From Vicugna vicugna (lineage: Eukaryota), in contig MU057521.1 in NCBI GenBank assembly GCA_013265495.1, positions 310,001 to 374,000 on the forward strand: 64,000 nt of DNA. The letters are read 5' to 3'. The notes under the pieces were generated by a model that did no database searches, was not told where the DNA came from, and saw only the letters and a list, made by a program, of their open reading frames with translations. Of the stretch, positions 26,635-38,880 are shown in pieces. The first letter of the stretch is position 1; every line of letters starts with the position of its first letter. A program made the translations under genes and the position numbers.

Positions 26635-26695
26635 AGTGTACAGCACACCTGGAACTAATATTATATTGTAAATCAACTATACATCAATAAAAATA
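26635..26695 (+). mobile_element. Very short L1 3' terminus
   Basis: cacacctggaactaatattatattgtaaatcaactatacatcaataaaaat. Confidence 0.7.
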
Positions 26696-26916
26696 GACTA
26701 ATAAAAGATATTTGATTACATACAAACAAACAAAAACTGACTAGGCTTTCATGAGTAAAATTTCAGAACTAATTCAGGAGAAAGGAATCATAGAATTTAA
26801 AGTCGCTTGTACCAGTGACTTCACTGGCAATTACTATAAGTTTATGAATACTATATGCTAATTACTATATGAATATAAACTTGCCAATAGGTTCCAGAGT
26901 TCAATAGAAATACTGG

Positions 26917-26967
26917 ACAGATGGATGGATGAAAGGATGGATGGATGGATAGATGGATACATAGACG

Positions 26968-27002
<35 letters not shown>

Positions 27003-27003
27003 T
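26917..27003. repeat. Compound tetranucleotide microsatellite (GATG)n(GATA)n(GACA)n
   Basis: Directly visible. Confidence 0.95.
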
Positions 27004-29080
27004 GAGCCTTACTGTGGGTTAGATACTGGGTTACATATGGTCAGAACTTTTGAGAGTAAAACTGAGTCTCTTCTTTGGTGGAGTCTGTCTCCTCGAGGTA
27101 CTGGAAATATGGGACAGTGAACTTGTTAATTTTCTTATATTATCTAATATCATTTTGTGTTGTAAATACAGTCTTCTCTAATCTTTCACTCATCTTCATT
27201 TTTAGACATAAAAAATAATGTTTGGAAACCATTTCAATTCTGCAAAGGACTAAAAAAAAACCAGAGACCACAAAATTTAGTCTTGCCATTCTGTGTTCTT
27301 TTTCTTTATTTAATAAAAGATCTTGATATCTCAAGGTTATGAGGTATGTGAATATCAAATATTACACAAAATTTTACCCTCAATACTATATATGATATTT
27401 TCACAATTATGTTACTTGAACATAAACATAATCATTCAACAGGAAGAAGAAAGATGGAAAACTTATCTAAATATGAACATCTTAATTTAGGGTTGAATAC
27501 AGTCAGTAAAATGCTGAACTAAATGTTTATGTTTATTTTTGTACACTCTGCAAAGTCACTCTTTCAGAATTTTTCTCAAGTCCTTATTGCCATAACAACT
27601 AGGAAATTAGTAAATATGTGCCTTTAGACTTGCCAGTAATGTTGCATAGGGAATGCATTATTCACCATTAGTGGTACAGGATGAAAAGTGCCAAGAACAA
27701 GCGTGTCAGATAGGCATATGGATTAAGAGAGAAGAATGATGGTTTGGCCAAAGTTCAGACCTTGAGCTCAGCCTTGGGTTTGAAGCACCAGAGAGCAGCC
27801 CACTCCCCTGATGTCTCGCTTCTACACATCCAGCACTGTGATGATTTACACTGACTCTGAACACCTGTTCCTGAGGATGAACAGTGGGATTGTGGCTTTG
27901 CAGACATCGTCTGTCTAATTTGGCATCAGATATGCAAGCTGCAGTGTCAGTTCTGATGTCAGTTTAGTGATGGGCTGAGTTACTGACGAATATGCCTGCC
28001 CCAGAGTTCACATCTTTTAATGTTATTTTTATCTCTTATTAGAAAACCAGAGATATTCTCAATTGCTATTGCTGTAAACTGTGACCAAGGTGCAAATTAT
28101 GAAACTTTGTGGGATTCCAAGTCATGTGAGGCCATTATGACATAATGTGCTGATACAGAGCATGGAGTACATTCACTGTGGTGGACACACTGCACTACAT
28201 AGTTGTTAGCTGCTTTTTTACCACCAATAAACCATTTTCAGGCCTTATATTTTCTTTGAGCACTGCCTACAGTAAATCTTGTACCGAAAAAATATATTAT
28301 TCTGTTCTGACTGCTCCACTTTGCTGATGTCTAACAGACTATTTGCAGGCGAACACTGTGTGTTGCCTCGCACAGAGTGCATAGTAATGAAACCCATGTC
28401 CCTTAATTTACTTCTATGGCAGTGATTATGAGTTTGAATTTTCCATCAATTTTCAGATTGTTTAACTTACAGGACGGTTGACTTAAAATTTTCTTAAATA
28501 TTGAAATCATGTTGTCTGGGAGTTCTTTGCACATCATCTTTTAGTTAGTAAATTCAATTTTCAGCATGAGTTGTCTCTCTCATTTGCATTAGAAGTATTA
28601 AATATTTTTAAAACTTGTCAATGAATTTTCATAATCTGTCAGAATGATACCAAAATTACTTGGATACATTTACACAAGTGTGTGTTTACATGTATGCATA
28701 TAATATAATGCAATACATATGTAATTTATTAGGTGACATATTTTTGGTAGATACAGGAATTTGGGCTTTTCTGTCTTGCTCAAACACAAAAACGGTAAAT
28801 TGTATGCACTTTGAGAATAAGGTCAGATTTGAGGTTTTTAAAATTATTTTCTTAATCTTGCTAGGACCTAGCACAGTTCCTGCACAAAAGCAGACTCCCA
28901 GTAAGTACTGGTGTGTATCATGTTGAATAAATATGTGTATTTATGCCTCTTTACTATTGATAAAGATGTACAGTATATTTTACCATTAGTTTAGACATTT
29001 GAAAACATGTATTTTATTATCCTAATTTAGAAGAGAACATTAAAATGCTAACAAAATGTATTTTTTTTTTAAAAATCTAG

Positions 29081-29166
29081 GTCACATCAGCAAAAAGCAT
29101 ACTTGATGAAGTTACTGAAAACAATTCAATATCATGTACTTAAACCTACTTTGAAATCATCCTTAG
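29081..29166 (+). other. Candidate 86-nt exon
   Basis: tgctaac branch motif near 29046-29052, T tract, tctag acceptor, TAG|GTAAGT donor. Confidence 0.45.
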
Positions 29167-29389
29167 GTAAGTACCATATTATTTTATCTTTATTCATGCA
29201 TGGATGAAAATGTGATAGAGTGTGCTAGAAATAGAAATAAATTCTTCCTGGTATCTAACCTGATAATAAAGAATTTTTTTACCAGATTAAAAAAAAAAGT
29301 TGGAAAAGCTCCTGAAATGATGAAGTTAATTTCTATGATGCCAATCTTCCAATAAGAGGCTGTAGTACAACAGGTTACTGCTCTTTTCT

Positions 29390-29740
29390 CATTCATTCAC
29401 TCATCCACTGAATCATTCATTTATCCATTCTTTCTCTAGACATTAGTTGCTTAATAATGAATTATTTAACAAATATTTATTGGGTACCTACAGTCACAAG
29501 CACTGAAGATTCAGAAGTGAATCAGATGATGATCTTGCCCTCAGGGAGCTTATAGTCAGGAGAAATGTATGTATAAACATGCAATTATAACTCAAAATGC
29601 AAACGCAACAATCGTGGTATGTCACAAGATATTTTCAAACCCAGTAAGGAAATCAAACTAGCTTTGGGGCAAAGCATAAGAAATGAGAGGAGATGGTAAA
29701 GAAATCTTCCTTGAGATTATTGAGCTCTACTGAAGGGGCA
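29390..29740 (-). mobile_element. L2 3' end
   Basis: cattcattcactcatcc tail; aacaaatatttattgggtacctac; cttgccctcagggagcttatagtc. Confidence 0.75.
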
Positions 29741-30059
29741 CAATCTCTTCCAAAGAGGTTGCATAAGCAGAGGATAAAACCAACCCTGCGAACTTGAAGA
29801 GATCACTTATCTTTTCCATATTCCAGTTTTCACATCACTAAACTGCCAAAGTTGAGTATGATTCTGAATTTGCTTCTATTACAACATCCTATGATTCTAA
29901 AACAGCAGGCAAGCAGAAAACACCCATCAGCAACCCACGCCTGACAGTCTTCAAGTTGTCACTCACAGCTTTACAGCGCCAGGTGGCTGAAGCAGTCGCC
30001 TCCCAAAGCTGGAGTACCAAGGTATTTAGGAAATTTTAAAAAGGTGGCCCACTGTTTGT

Positions 30060-30300
30060 ACACACGCTTGTGAAATAATTACAACAACAAGCACAGCCAA
30101 ATTCAAACGAAGGAGGTGGGGAACAATCAAAATGCGCAGAGGGAAGCCCTGCGCGGAAGGCAACAGCCTGTCAGCAAGGGCGCCTCTCACGCTGTAGCGG
30201 AAAGAGCAGTGCCAACAATCTACAGGTGCGCGCTGTGGGGGCCGCTGGGGAGGAGCTCGGGAGGGGGTGTGACGACGGATCGGAATCAACGTGAGACTCA
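30060..30300. promoter_or_regulatory. Small CpG island / promoter-like element
   Basis: 14 CpGs in 30121-30300; GC-rich; TGCGCA and TGCGCG, GCGGAA x2, GGCAAC, GGGTGTG and TGACG motifs; no repeat recognised. Confidence 0.6.
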
Positions 30301-31974
30301 TCCTAGAGCACACTTATCCATCTGCTAGGCTGTGGCATATCCTTTTCATTAGTGCTTTCTCAGAGCACAAGCTTTTTTGCTCTCTCCAAGAGCCACTGTA
30401 GGAGAACTCGCAATTAAAAAAAAAAAAATGAGATGGAGAAGTTAACAAGGGATATGTTGCCTGAATTAGAATCGTAGTCTGTCTCTCTTATTCACAGCAT
30501 TAATTCAATATTTGTGTAAGAAATCAAATATATATATGTGTGTGTGTATGTGTGTATTAGCTATCTGTCTATATTTATAAAAACCTTCTAGAAAATTAGA
30601 AAACTAAGCAATCTTTCAAGATCAGGTTGGTTTTTAAAAAACTTCCTTTTTACCAATGGTACTTTTTAAGAGGTTAATTCTGTCCTGTACTGAAATAATT
30701 TTATTTGGCTCCAAACCAAGTCACAAAATCACCACATTTAATAACTTTAAAACTAAGCTAATTTTGAGTGCACAATGAGTCAGGGTGATGTCATAGCTCA
30801 TTTCAAGGAAGCAACTGAGAGCAAACTAAGGTGCAGCAAGTCACAGAACTATGTATTTTAGCTCATCAATACTTGCACTTTCTGGAATGTTAAGGATAGC
30901 TACTGGAAATACTTTCTGTGTGTGTGCAAGTTAGAATGATTATCTTTTAAGTAGGGTTGGAGAGAGAGCAAGGTGCAGCTGGCTGGGCTGTCATGGCAGT
31001 GGTCCTTAGCTAGTACCCATGAGCACCATGTAGCTGATGGTAATGTCATTCATTACAAGAAATTCAATCAGTATCAATTCAGAGATATCGTTCAATTCTA
31101 CCAAGCTCTTACCCTTCACTCTCTGTTTTAAGACACTTCCTTTTCTTGTTGACATGAAATAGGTGTGCTTTGTCTCATGAAAACCATTCAGAAGAAGAGC
31201 TTTCCAAATTGTGTTGTGTGTGTCTATGTCTAGCTTTCATACCAAAATACTCAAATCTTTCTCTTTCTTTAATGTAAAGTATATCTATCAACATGCTAAA
31301 CATGTAAGATGATTTACTTGTAAAAGTTAGTTGTCATTTGTAAGTACAATCAAGTGAAGAACAAGATCTTGTAGAATAAGAAAATAAATTAGAAATAGGT
31401 ACGGATTTATGAGATCAAATGTATTTCAAATGTTTCCCAGTCAACAGCAACCTACCATTTCATCAATCAGTGTCTTAAATATGCACATGCTGCACAGTTT
31501 TAGTCAAAGAAAGGGCTACAACAGAAGTGGGAAATTACCCTACTTTACAGCATTTTGTAACTTTTTAGGAAGAGTTTTTTTAAAAAAAAAACTTTAAATG
31601 TGATTAATTCAAATCTTTTTTATGGGATGCAAACAATGAAGTAGGAATTCAGAAAGACTGTTCACCTTACTGTATAGTTTCTCAGTTTTATGAACTTGCT
31701 ACATCCTTTTCTATGTAACAAATATTTATTGAATATTTGGCCACAATCAAGAAACCAGGAGTAGTTTGAGTCTCATCATATTCAGTATACTTAGTATATT
31801 GCAAGGTTCTAAGTTTGACTATTTCATTACTTATTCATTGATCTGGCAAATCTTTTTTGAGGGCCCACTATCTACTGCCCCTTTCCATCACCACTGTAAT
31901 CTAATTGGAGACTTAAATAAATTTATTTATATTCCTATATACCTACAACCATAATGTAGTAGTCTGCCATTTCT

Positions 31975-32345
31975 GTAATAGTGCTAAGGAAACAAAATTC
32001 CCAGAAACTAATCTTTTCTCTTCTTTTCCATGTGTCTGCAGTCGAGCTGGGCGAGCCCGACTTTGGGCTGTGTATGTTGTGGTTCCTACGGGCTTCAATA
32101 TTTCATTCTTCAACCAGCGGCTACTCAGAACATGCTTTTCTCTTAGCAGAGAAGCAGCACAGGAAGCCCAACTAAAACATGCAAGCACATGTCAAACCTC
32201 TGTGTCATGCCCTCTGCCATTTCATTGGGAAAGATAAGTCACATGGTTAAGCCCACATCAATGGAGTGGGAAAGGCTACTCCATCCATTCTGTGGGGTGG
32301 CACACTACTGCAGAGGAGGAATGAGAGCCAGGAATAATCTGCAAT
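31975..32345 (-). mobile_element. Old MaLR LTR (MLT1-like)
   Basis: catttcattgggaaagataagtcacatggttaagcccacatcaatggagtgggaa. Confidence 0.55.
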
Positions 32346-32718
32346 CTATTTTTGCAGATTCCAAAAACATTCAGATGTATTTCTAATGTAAGCATTCTAT
32401 CTTCCTTTTCAGCATCTTCATCTGCATCCTCATTCCCTTCACTGCTGCTACTCCAGTCTCTTCTGGTTGCTCTCTGGTCATGCTACACACACCACAATCT
32501 TGCTTCCCATTTTAATAGGCATTAAGTCCAGTCTTCTCAGTCTGCCCTCTCTTCCATCATATTGCCTGGTCTACATCATACACTTCAGGTCATTTCAAGT
32601 AACTTTTAGCAATTTAGGTAACTTCAGCAATTTTAGGTTTTATCACCCAGATCCCCACGTACAGTTTTCCTCAAACATCATCTGAGTCCTGAAATACTTT
32701 CCTTCAACACTTAGCATC

Positions 32719-33156
32719 TGCTATGGACTAAACTGCATCCCCTCCAAAATCATATGTTGAAGCTCTAAACCCCACCCCAAGTGACAATATTTGGAAATGG
32801 AGCCTATAATGAGGTAATTACGGTTAAATGAGGTAATAAGGGTGGGACCCAAATTCAACAGAATTGGTGTCCTTGTAAGAAGACAAAGAGAGTCCAGAGC
32901 TTGCTCTTTCTCTCTCTCTCAGTCTCTGTCTCTTTCTCTCTCTCTCTCCATCCGTGCACACCAAGAAAAGACCATGTGAGGATCTAGCAAGAAGGTCACT
33001 GTCTACAAGCCAGGAAGAGAGTTCTTACCAGGAATCAAATCAGCCAGCACCCTGACTTGAACTTTCCATCCTCCAGAACTGTGGGAAAATAAATTTTTGT
33101 TGTTTATGTCACCCTGTCTGTGGTATTTTGTATGGTTGCCTAAGGTGCTTAATGCA
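32719..33156 (+). mobile_element. MaLR solo LTR (MLT1A-like)
   Basis: tgctatggactaaactg...tatgttgaagctctaa...cctccagaactgtgggaaaataaattt...ctgtggtattttgtatgg...aatgca; TG...CA ends. Confidence 0.85.
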
Positions 33157-33439
33157 AGATCTGATTCTCATGACCCTCATGTCCTTTGCACGCTTTCCCA
33201 GAATGATCACATGGCAAGTTGTGTAACCCACTTCTACCTAAATCTTTAGTGTCATTGATAAAGTTCGCTCACCACTTCTAAAAAAGACGACATTTTTCAA
33301 ATACAGGATGCTTGTAGGCCCACAACTTGAACGTGTGTAGCATAACTGTACTCTGTCATTGTACGCTTCTGTATGTGCACATGGACGCATTGGTGTCTTG
33401 ATTTGCTAAACTTCTAAAGCTTAGCAGTAAAAGCAACTA

Positions 33440-33630
33440 TTGCTCCTACTAGACCCTAGACAGCTTGCATGTATTATCTCTTTTTATCTTCACATCAAAC
33501 TTGCAGGTAGGTTTTATTATATTATAGCCCTGAAAACTGAGGATCATACCTTCCCCAGGTTGTAATTTCTCCTGGAGCCAGGATCTGAATGCAGATTTTT
33601 GGGGTCATTTTCAATCCACTAGGCTACTCT
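33440..33630 (-). mobile_element. MIR SINE
   Basis: tcttcacatcaaacttgcaggtagg...gaaaactgagg...ggagccaggatctgaa. Confidence 0.55.
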
Positions 33631-34999
33631 GTCTTCCAAAGTTAAGGGTAATGATTATCAGATCCCAGTGCCCATCTTCCAGCATATGGGCTATGCAAAC
33701 ACATGTTCATATTTATTTTTGGATGATAGAGATTATGACTATAAAATGTTGACCGACCAGCAATATTTTGTGAAGATTTAACTGCTGATTTAAAGCAATG
33801 GAATGTTTGTATCTCTCAGTTATGTATTTGCAAAATCCCAATTTTCCTATAGTTTTTCTAATATAGATATGTAATTACTTTAATTGGTATAAATGAAAGT
33901 AACAATGAATTTCATGTTTTATAACAACGTATTCAGGATATCTGAATATTGAATTCCTTTTTGCTGTTTGACAATGACCTTAAACTTGACTGATATCTGG
34001 CTTCAAGCATTACATGAGTCTGTTAAAACTGGCATTTAAAGAACAGATTTATTGTTTGCTGATGAGATATTTCCTTTTATGTGAGTGTAGTATCTGGTTG
34101 TTCATTTTTGACTTTTTGTCTAAGGTCAAATGTAGAATCAATTTAAAATTTTATAAGTCCCTGTCTAAAACCCTGCCCTACCATAACCATGATGAGCTAC
34201 AAGGCTGCTTCCATCTCTCATTTCAATACGTGCAAGTTCTGTTAGAATTTTAGGTGACAAATTGCTTGCAGCATGAAGCTGCAAAAAACAAATTAGAGAA
34301 CACCACAGCAGTGCTGTTAGGGCATTCTCACCACCTATCAAATGGCAGAGTTTAAAATCAATTGGATTGTATAAAACGCATTTTTCAGCTCCAGCTCATG
34401 TTTCTCCTTTCCACAAAAAATAAGGAAATTGAATGCAACATGGGTAGGAAACAAGACTAGAAATCAAAAAATAAACAAAGTATTGAAGAATTGAAGACCT
34501 TGTCTTAAGCTGTAACATGTTGGAAATTTCTTAGTGCCATAGATTCTGCCACTGTTAAAAACGTGAGAAATGCCTCCCTTTTAGAAATGGGATGAAAATT
34601 TAGGGAAAAATGTGAGTCATATTTCCCCAGGACACAAACTAGGTTCTAAATAATACTATACTTTGCACAGCAGCATTAACTATTTGTAGGAAAGAGGTAT
34701 TTCCTTTTCTGTTTCTTTTACTGCCTTATTTCCTAAAGATTAAGTACCTGATCTTTGACTATTCTTATTCTTCCTGCCCACCTGCCCCAGCCCACTGTTG
34801 CTTTCATGTGCTTCAAAACTTCGGCTCTACCAGCCTCATGGATTACCCACAAAACTCCAGCTCTAACTTCCCGCCCTATGGTTGGTCTCATTTCTCTAAT
34901 TATCTGCTGTTCACAGTACCCTGGATTCCCTCTCTTACCTTAAATTCAACGTATCTAACAACAATATTATTATGTTGTATAAGATCAGTACTTCCTCCA

Positions 35000-35760
35000 A
35001 GAGAGGCAAGGCTCCCAGTCTCCAGGAAGAGCTGTGAGTCAAGTCTGCCTCCTTCATTTTATTCCTTCCCTACATTAATTACTTGGTTTATTGATATGTT
35101 TAAAGTCCTTCTCTTTCTTTTGTTTTCAATACCATTCTTTTCTTAATGGACTTTCAACATCTCTTACATAATTGTTAACACTTCTCCTTTATACTAAGTT
35201 TTACCCACTCCAACCCATCCTACGTATTAATCATGCATTTCTTGTGCTAAAAAAAAATTATATTGTTCCCATTGCCCTCTTGATCCAAAGTCATTAATGT
35301 TTCTCCACTTCCTAGATAATAAAGCTTATACTAGTTACTTGGCCTACAAGTCTCTTAAAAACACATTTTCTAGTTTTCTCTCCAACCTTGTCTCTCACTA
35401 CTTCCCTACACAATCCTTTTAGTTATTCATTATTTCCTGGACATACTATACAGCAATAACCTCAACTGTGCAATTTTCACTCTTTTAAATTATTTTTCCT
35501 TATTTTCCATTAGGTCCCAGCTCCTGCGACCTTCTATAATGACCTCTCTCAAATCCCACTGTGATTCCTTATTTTCAACTTCTAAACCACTTACCATCTG
35601 TCACAGGTCTTCAGCACACAGAAGATCAGTAACAATACACCTAATCTTCTGTCTCTCCGTGTGCACTGTAATATTCTAGAAGAAAGGCCTCTTTTTTTTC
35701 TGTGACCTAACATGATATTCTGTGTTCTAAGTCTTAATAAATATTTCCTTGGTTTTGTTG
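35000..35760 (+). mobile_element. L2 fragments
   Basis: Pyrimidine-rich L2-like body ending gtcttaataaatatttc. Confidence 0.45.
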
Positions 35761-36089
35761 AAGACGAGTATAAGGATGATATTTACTATGTAACTATGTA
35801 TCTGACACTAGAAACACTTTCCTGGTAAATAGTCTGGGTCCCTCCCATGTTCATTTCCACACTCCCTCTTATTTGACATGAACCTGAGTCAAATTTTGCA
35901 TAACTTAAGATTTGGATAATCAGAGAAGGAAGGAAGCCTATTCTTAAGAAATAAATCAGCACATGCAATGGTATGGGGGCATGGACAGTGGTTGGTGACC
36001 AGAAAATGAGCATGATGTGAGTGGAGAATACTGTTCATTTAGGAGTCTGGCCTGATTAAAACTGAGTAATAATACATTAAATGTAATGG

Positions 36090-36480
36090 TCCCAGATGAG
36101 AAACAACTCAAGTGTCCATCAAGTAGAAAAATAATTATATGTTCCTAGAATGGAACACTACACAGCCATGCAAAAGAATAAACACAGCAACATAAATAAA
36201 TCTCAAAGGCAAAATTAGTACATATTGTGTGACTTCATTTATGTTCAAATCAAAGCTAGGAAAATTAATCTTTTGCTGAATGATAAAAGAATAGTGTTAC
36301 CTTCAGAGCCTAATGACTGGGATAAGCAGGAAAAAACCTTCTGATATTCTAGGAATGTTTTATAACTTTATCTACATGGTGGTTATATTATGTACACAAA
36401 TGTAAAAAATTTAAGCTATTCACTCAAGATTTTTTCTCTTTACTGTAAGCTGTAACTCAATAAAGCAGAAGAAAAAATAA
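36090..36480 (+). mobile_element. Old L1 (L1ME-like) 3' end
   Basis: aaacaactcaagtgtccatca...aatggaacactacacagccatg...ttctaggaatgttttataac...ctcaataaa. Confidence 0.7.
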
Positions 36481-36819
36481 TATAAATAAAAAGCAAGTTA
36501 TATACCAATAAAATATCAGTGATATTTCTATTGTAAACAGAATTCAAATATTATTAGCAAAAAAACATAATTTCAAGTACAGCTTGTAGATTCCATGCAT
36601 TCAAATGAACTTAAGGATGAATACTCCATTATGAGGCTGGAGTTCAAGATGGATTTGCTTTTCCCTGAACTTTTCTACCAGAAGCACTTAAAACAATGAG
36701 CTCCAGACACATTAGCCTCAGGAAATTTAACTGTACTGTAGTTATGGTAAAGTAAGATCACTAATGTTTTGCTGAATTAAATATTTGATGATATAGAAAG
36801 ACTTTTTATATCCTCATCC

Positions 36820-37080
36820 TTATCATCATCAAAGCACTCAGTAAATGGTAGCTCTCATTTCAGCTAAATACTGTGCAATACATTCTGAATATATTATCTC
36901 ATTTACATCTCATAGCTATTCTTTAAGTTTGGTACTACTTATCTGTATTTTAATGACGAGGTAACTGAAGTTTAGAAGTCATGTATTTTTCCCATTAATA
37001 CAAATGCATGTGCAGAGCAATATTCAAAACAGGTCTGTCTGAGAACAAAGCTTGTGTCCTGTTAATTATTATATTCTACT
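36820..37080 (-). mobile_element. MIR SINE(s)
   Basis: attatctcatttacatctcatagc...ttttaatgacgaggtaactgaagtttaga. Confidence 0.6.
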
Positions 37081-37399
37081 GGGTTGAGACACTTGGAAAT
37101 GAAAAGTAAATGTAGATGGAAGTATTTTGGAAATGTTGGAATAATAGTGTCTTACATACCTCTCCTACCTCTGGCCTTTTCCACACAATGAAATAAAGAA
37201 TAAAATATAGAATGAAACTTCACCTAAATTTATATGACGGACAGTCACATGCAGTTAATGTGTAACAGCGAAAAACTAGACAAAAAGGCATTATAGAATG
37301 GCCATGTGGAGAAGAGCCAGGACAATTATATGGAAGATAAATAAACTTTTGTTGTATCTATTACACATTTTTTACAGCAATCTAGTCTAGCCTTACTAT

Positions 37400-37590
37400 A
37401 AACTCAAATTGGATTAAAAAACAAAATCTAGTTATGTATCTCTTAAAAGAGAAACACCTTAAATAAAAGGATAATATAAGGATACAGATATGTTTCAAAG
37501 AAAAGGTATAGAAAAAGACATGCCAAGCAAAAACTGCATGAAGGAAAGCTGATGGAGATACACTCATTTCAGAAAGAACAACAAAAACCA
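37400..37590 (+). mobile_element. L1 ORF2 endonuclease fragment
   Basis: tggattaaaaaacaaaatctagttatgtatctcttaaaagagaaacacctt (WIKKQ..ICCLQETHL-like region). Confidence 0.65.
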
Positions 37591-37861
37591 TTACTTAGTA
37601 GGCTGGTTGAATCTAATTTAGCCTCTCTTGCTCTCAGATTCTTTACTTGGAAAATATAATTATTGGACTGAATGAAATGAGTCCATTCGACATATTTTCT
37701 AATAGTTTGTAATGAGTATTTAACCAGTACTATCAATATTAATTAAAGACAGACCAAATATTGCATTTGCAAACAGAAAAATAAACAGCAAATTTTGGAA
37801 GATTTAAAGAAGTCAATTTTTTTTTAGAGAGAGAACATTTAAACACGTGTAAAGTAGTCTA

Positions 37862-37910
37862 ATTAAAATTTATTGATATGTGATTAAAATTTATTGATAT
37901 GTGATTAAAA
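37862..37910. repeat. 21-bp tandem repeat, about 2.3 copies
   Basis: attaaaatttattgatatgtg twice plus attaaaa. Confidence 0.95.
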
Positions 37911-38499
37911 AATAAGCAAGTGTCTAATCACTTCCAAATTTTTTCTTATTTGAAATTGGACATTTTATTTAGTTTCCTAAAGACCAAAGTGATGCTTCTC
38001 AGGTTTCTACAGATCTGTAAAAGTCCACGTTTTCCTTTGATAGTTATAATTTGTCAAATAAAGGTGTGTTGACTTAGAAACTGAGATCTGATTGCACAGT
38101 GCTCCACAAAAAAATGAGAGCTACAAGCTTAATGGTAATCCGTCAAATAAAGTAATATTTAAATTATAGAGTTCAGTGAGGAAGATGTTTATTTCCAGAA
38201 CATTTTCTGAAAATAGGTAGCTCTTATGGGGTAAGATTACACATAAGGAGAGTCTCTTAAGGGAAATAAATCATTAAGAAATTACATTCCACACCGGTTT
38301 TACTCACAATTGGTATTAAACATAAAATAGCATCAAACAGTCCCATCTTTTACTACTCCAATATAAAATGCGTACTTGACTGGTCACTGCAAAGTTTAGT
38401 TAAATGTGAGGCTTCTTTAAAGCACAAAGTGGCTTATAGTTTATTTAGATAATATGATTATGCACCAAAAGGTAACAATAAAGCTGGCTAAAATAAGAG

Positions 38500-38880
38500 C
38501 GACCTATTTTTTAGAATTCCTACTGTTGACAGGCTTTGTAAAGTTCAACAGCTGTATTTTTATTTAAACCTCACAAGAACCATACAAAGTGGGTAACAGC
38601 GACACCAGCTTACAAATGAAGAAACTAAGGTTCAACAACACAAACTGCATTGTGTGAGAATTAGCAGTTTGATAGGAGTCAGAGAGATAAAATGCAGAGG
38701 ACAAGTTAGTAATTCAGATCACACTGGCTGCTTGACTTTCGCAACGTGACCTTTTTTTTGAGCCTCAGTTCATCTATGGAATGAGAGCAGCGGCACTTAC
38801 ATTGCTGAATTGTTCTTAAAATTTCCACGAATTGTCAGCTACATGAGAGGTACTCAGTAGATGATAGTAATTACTACCAG
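38500..38880. mobile_element. Two MIR fragments in opposite orientation
   Basis: ttacaaatgaagaaactaagg (about 38610) and tgagcctcagttcatctatggaatgag (about 38760). Confidence 0.6.

Noticed and set aside
30026..30328. ORFs across the CpG patch
   Set aside because: Non-ATG starts; explained by GC content; no homology recognised
37862..37910. Direct repeats as a possible CRISPR-like array
   Set aside because: Abutting copies without spacers in mammalian DNA; ordinary tandem duplication
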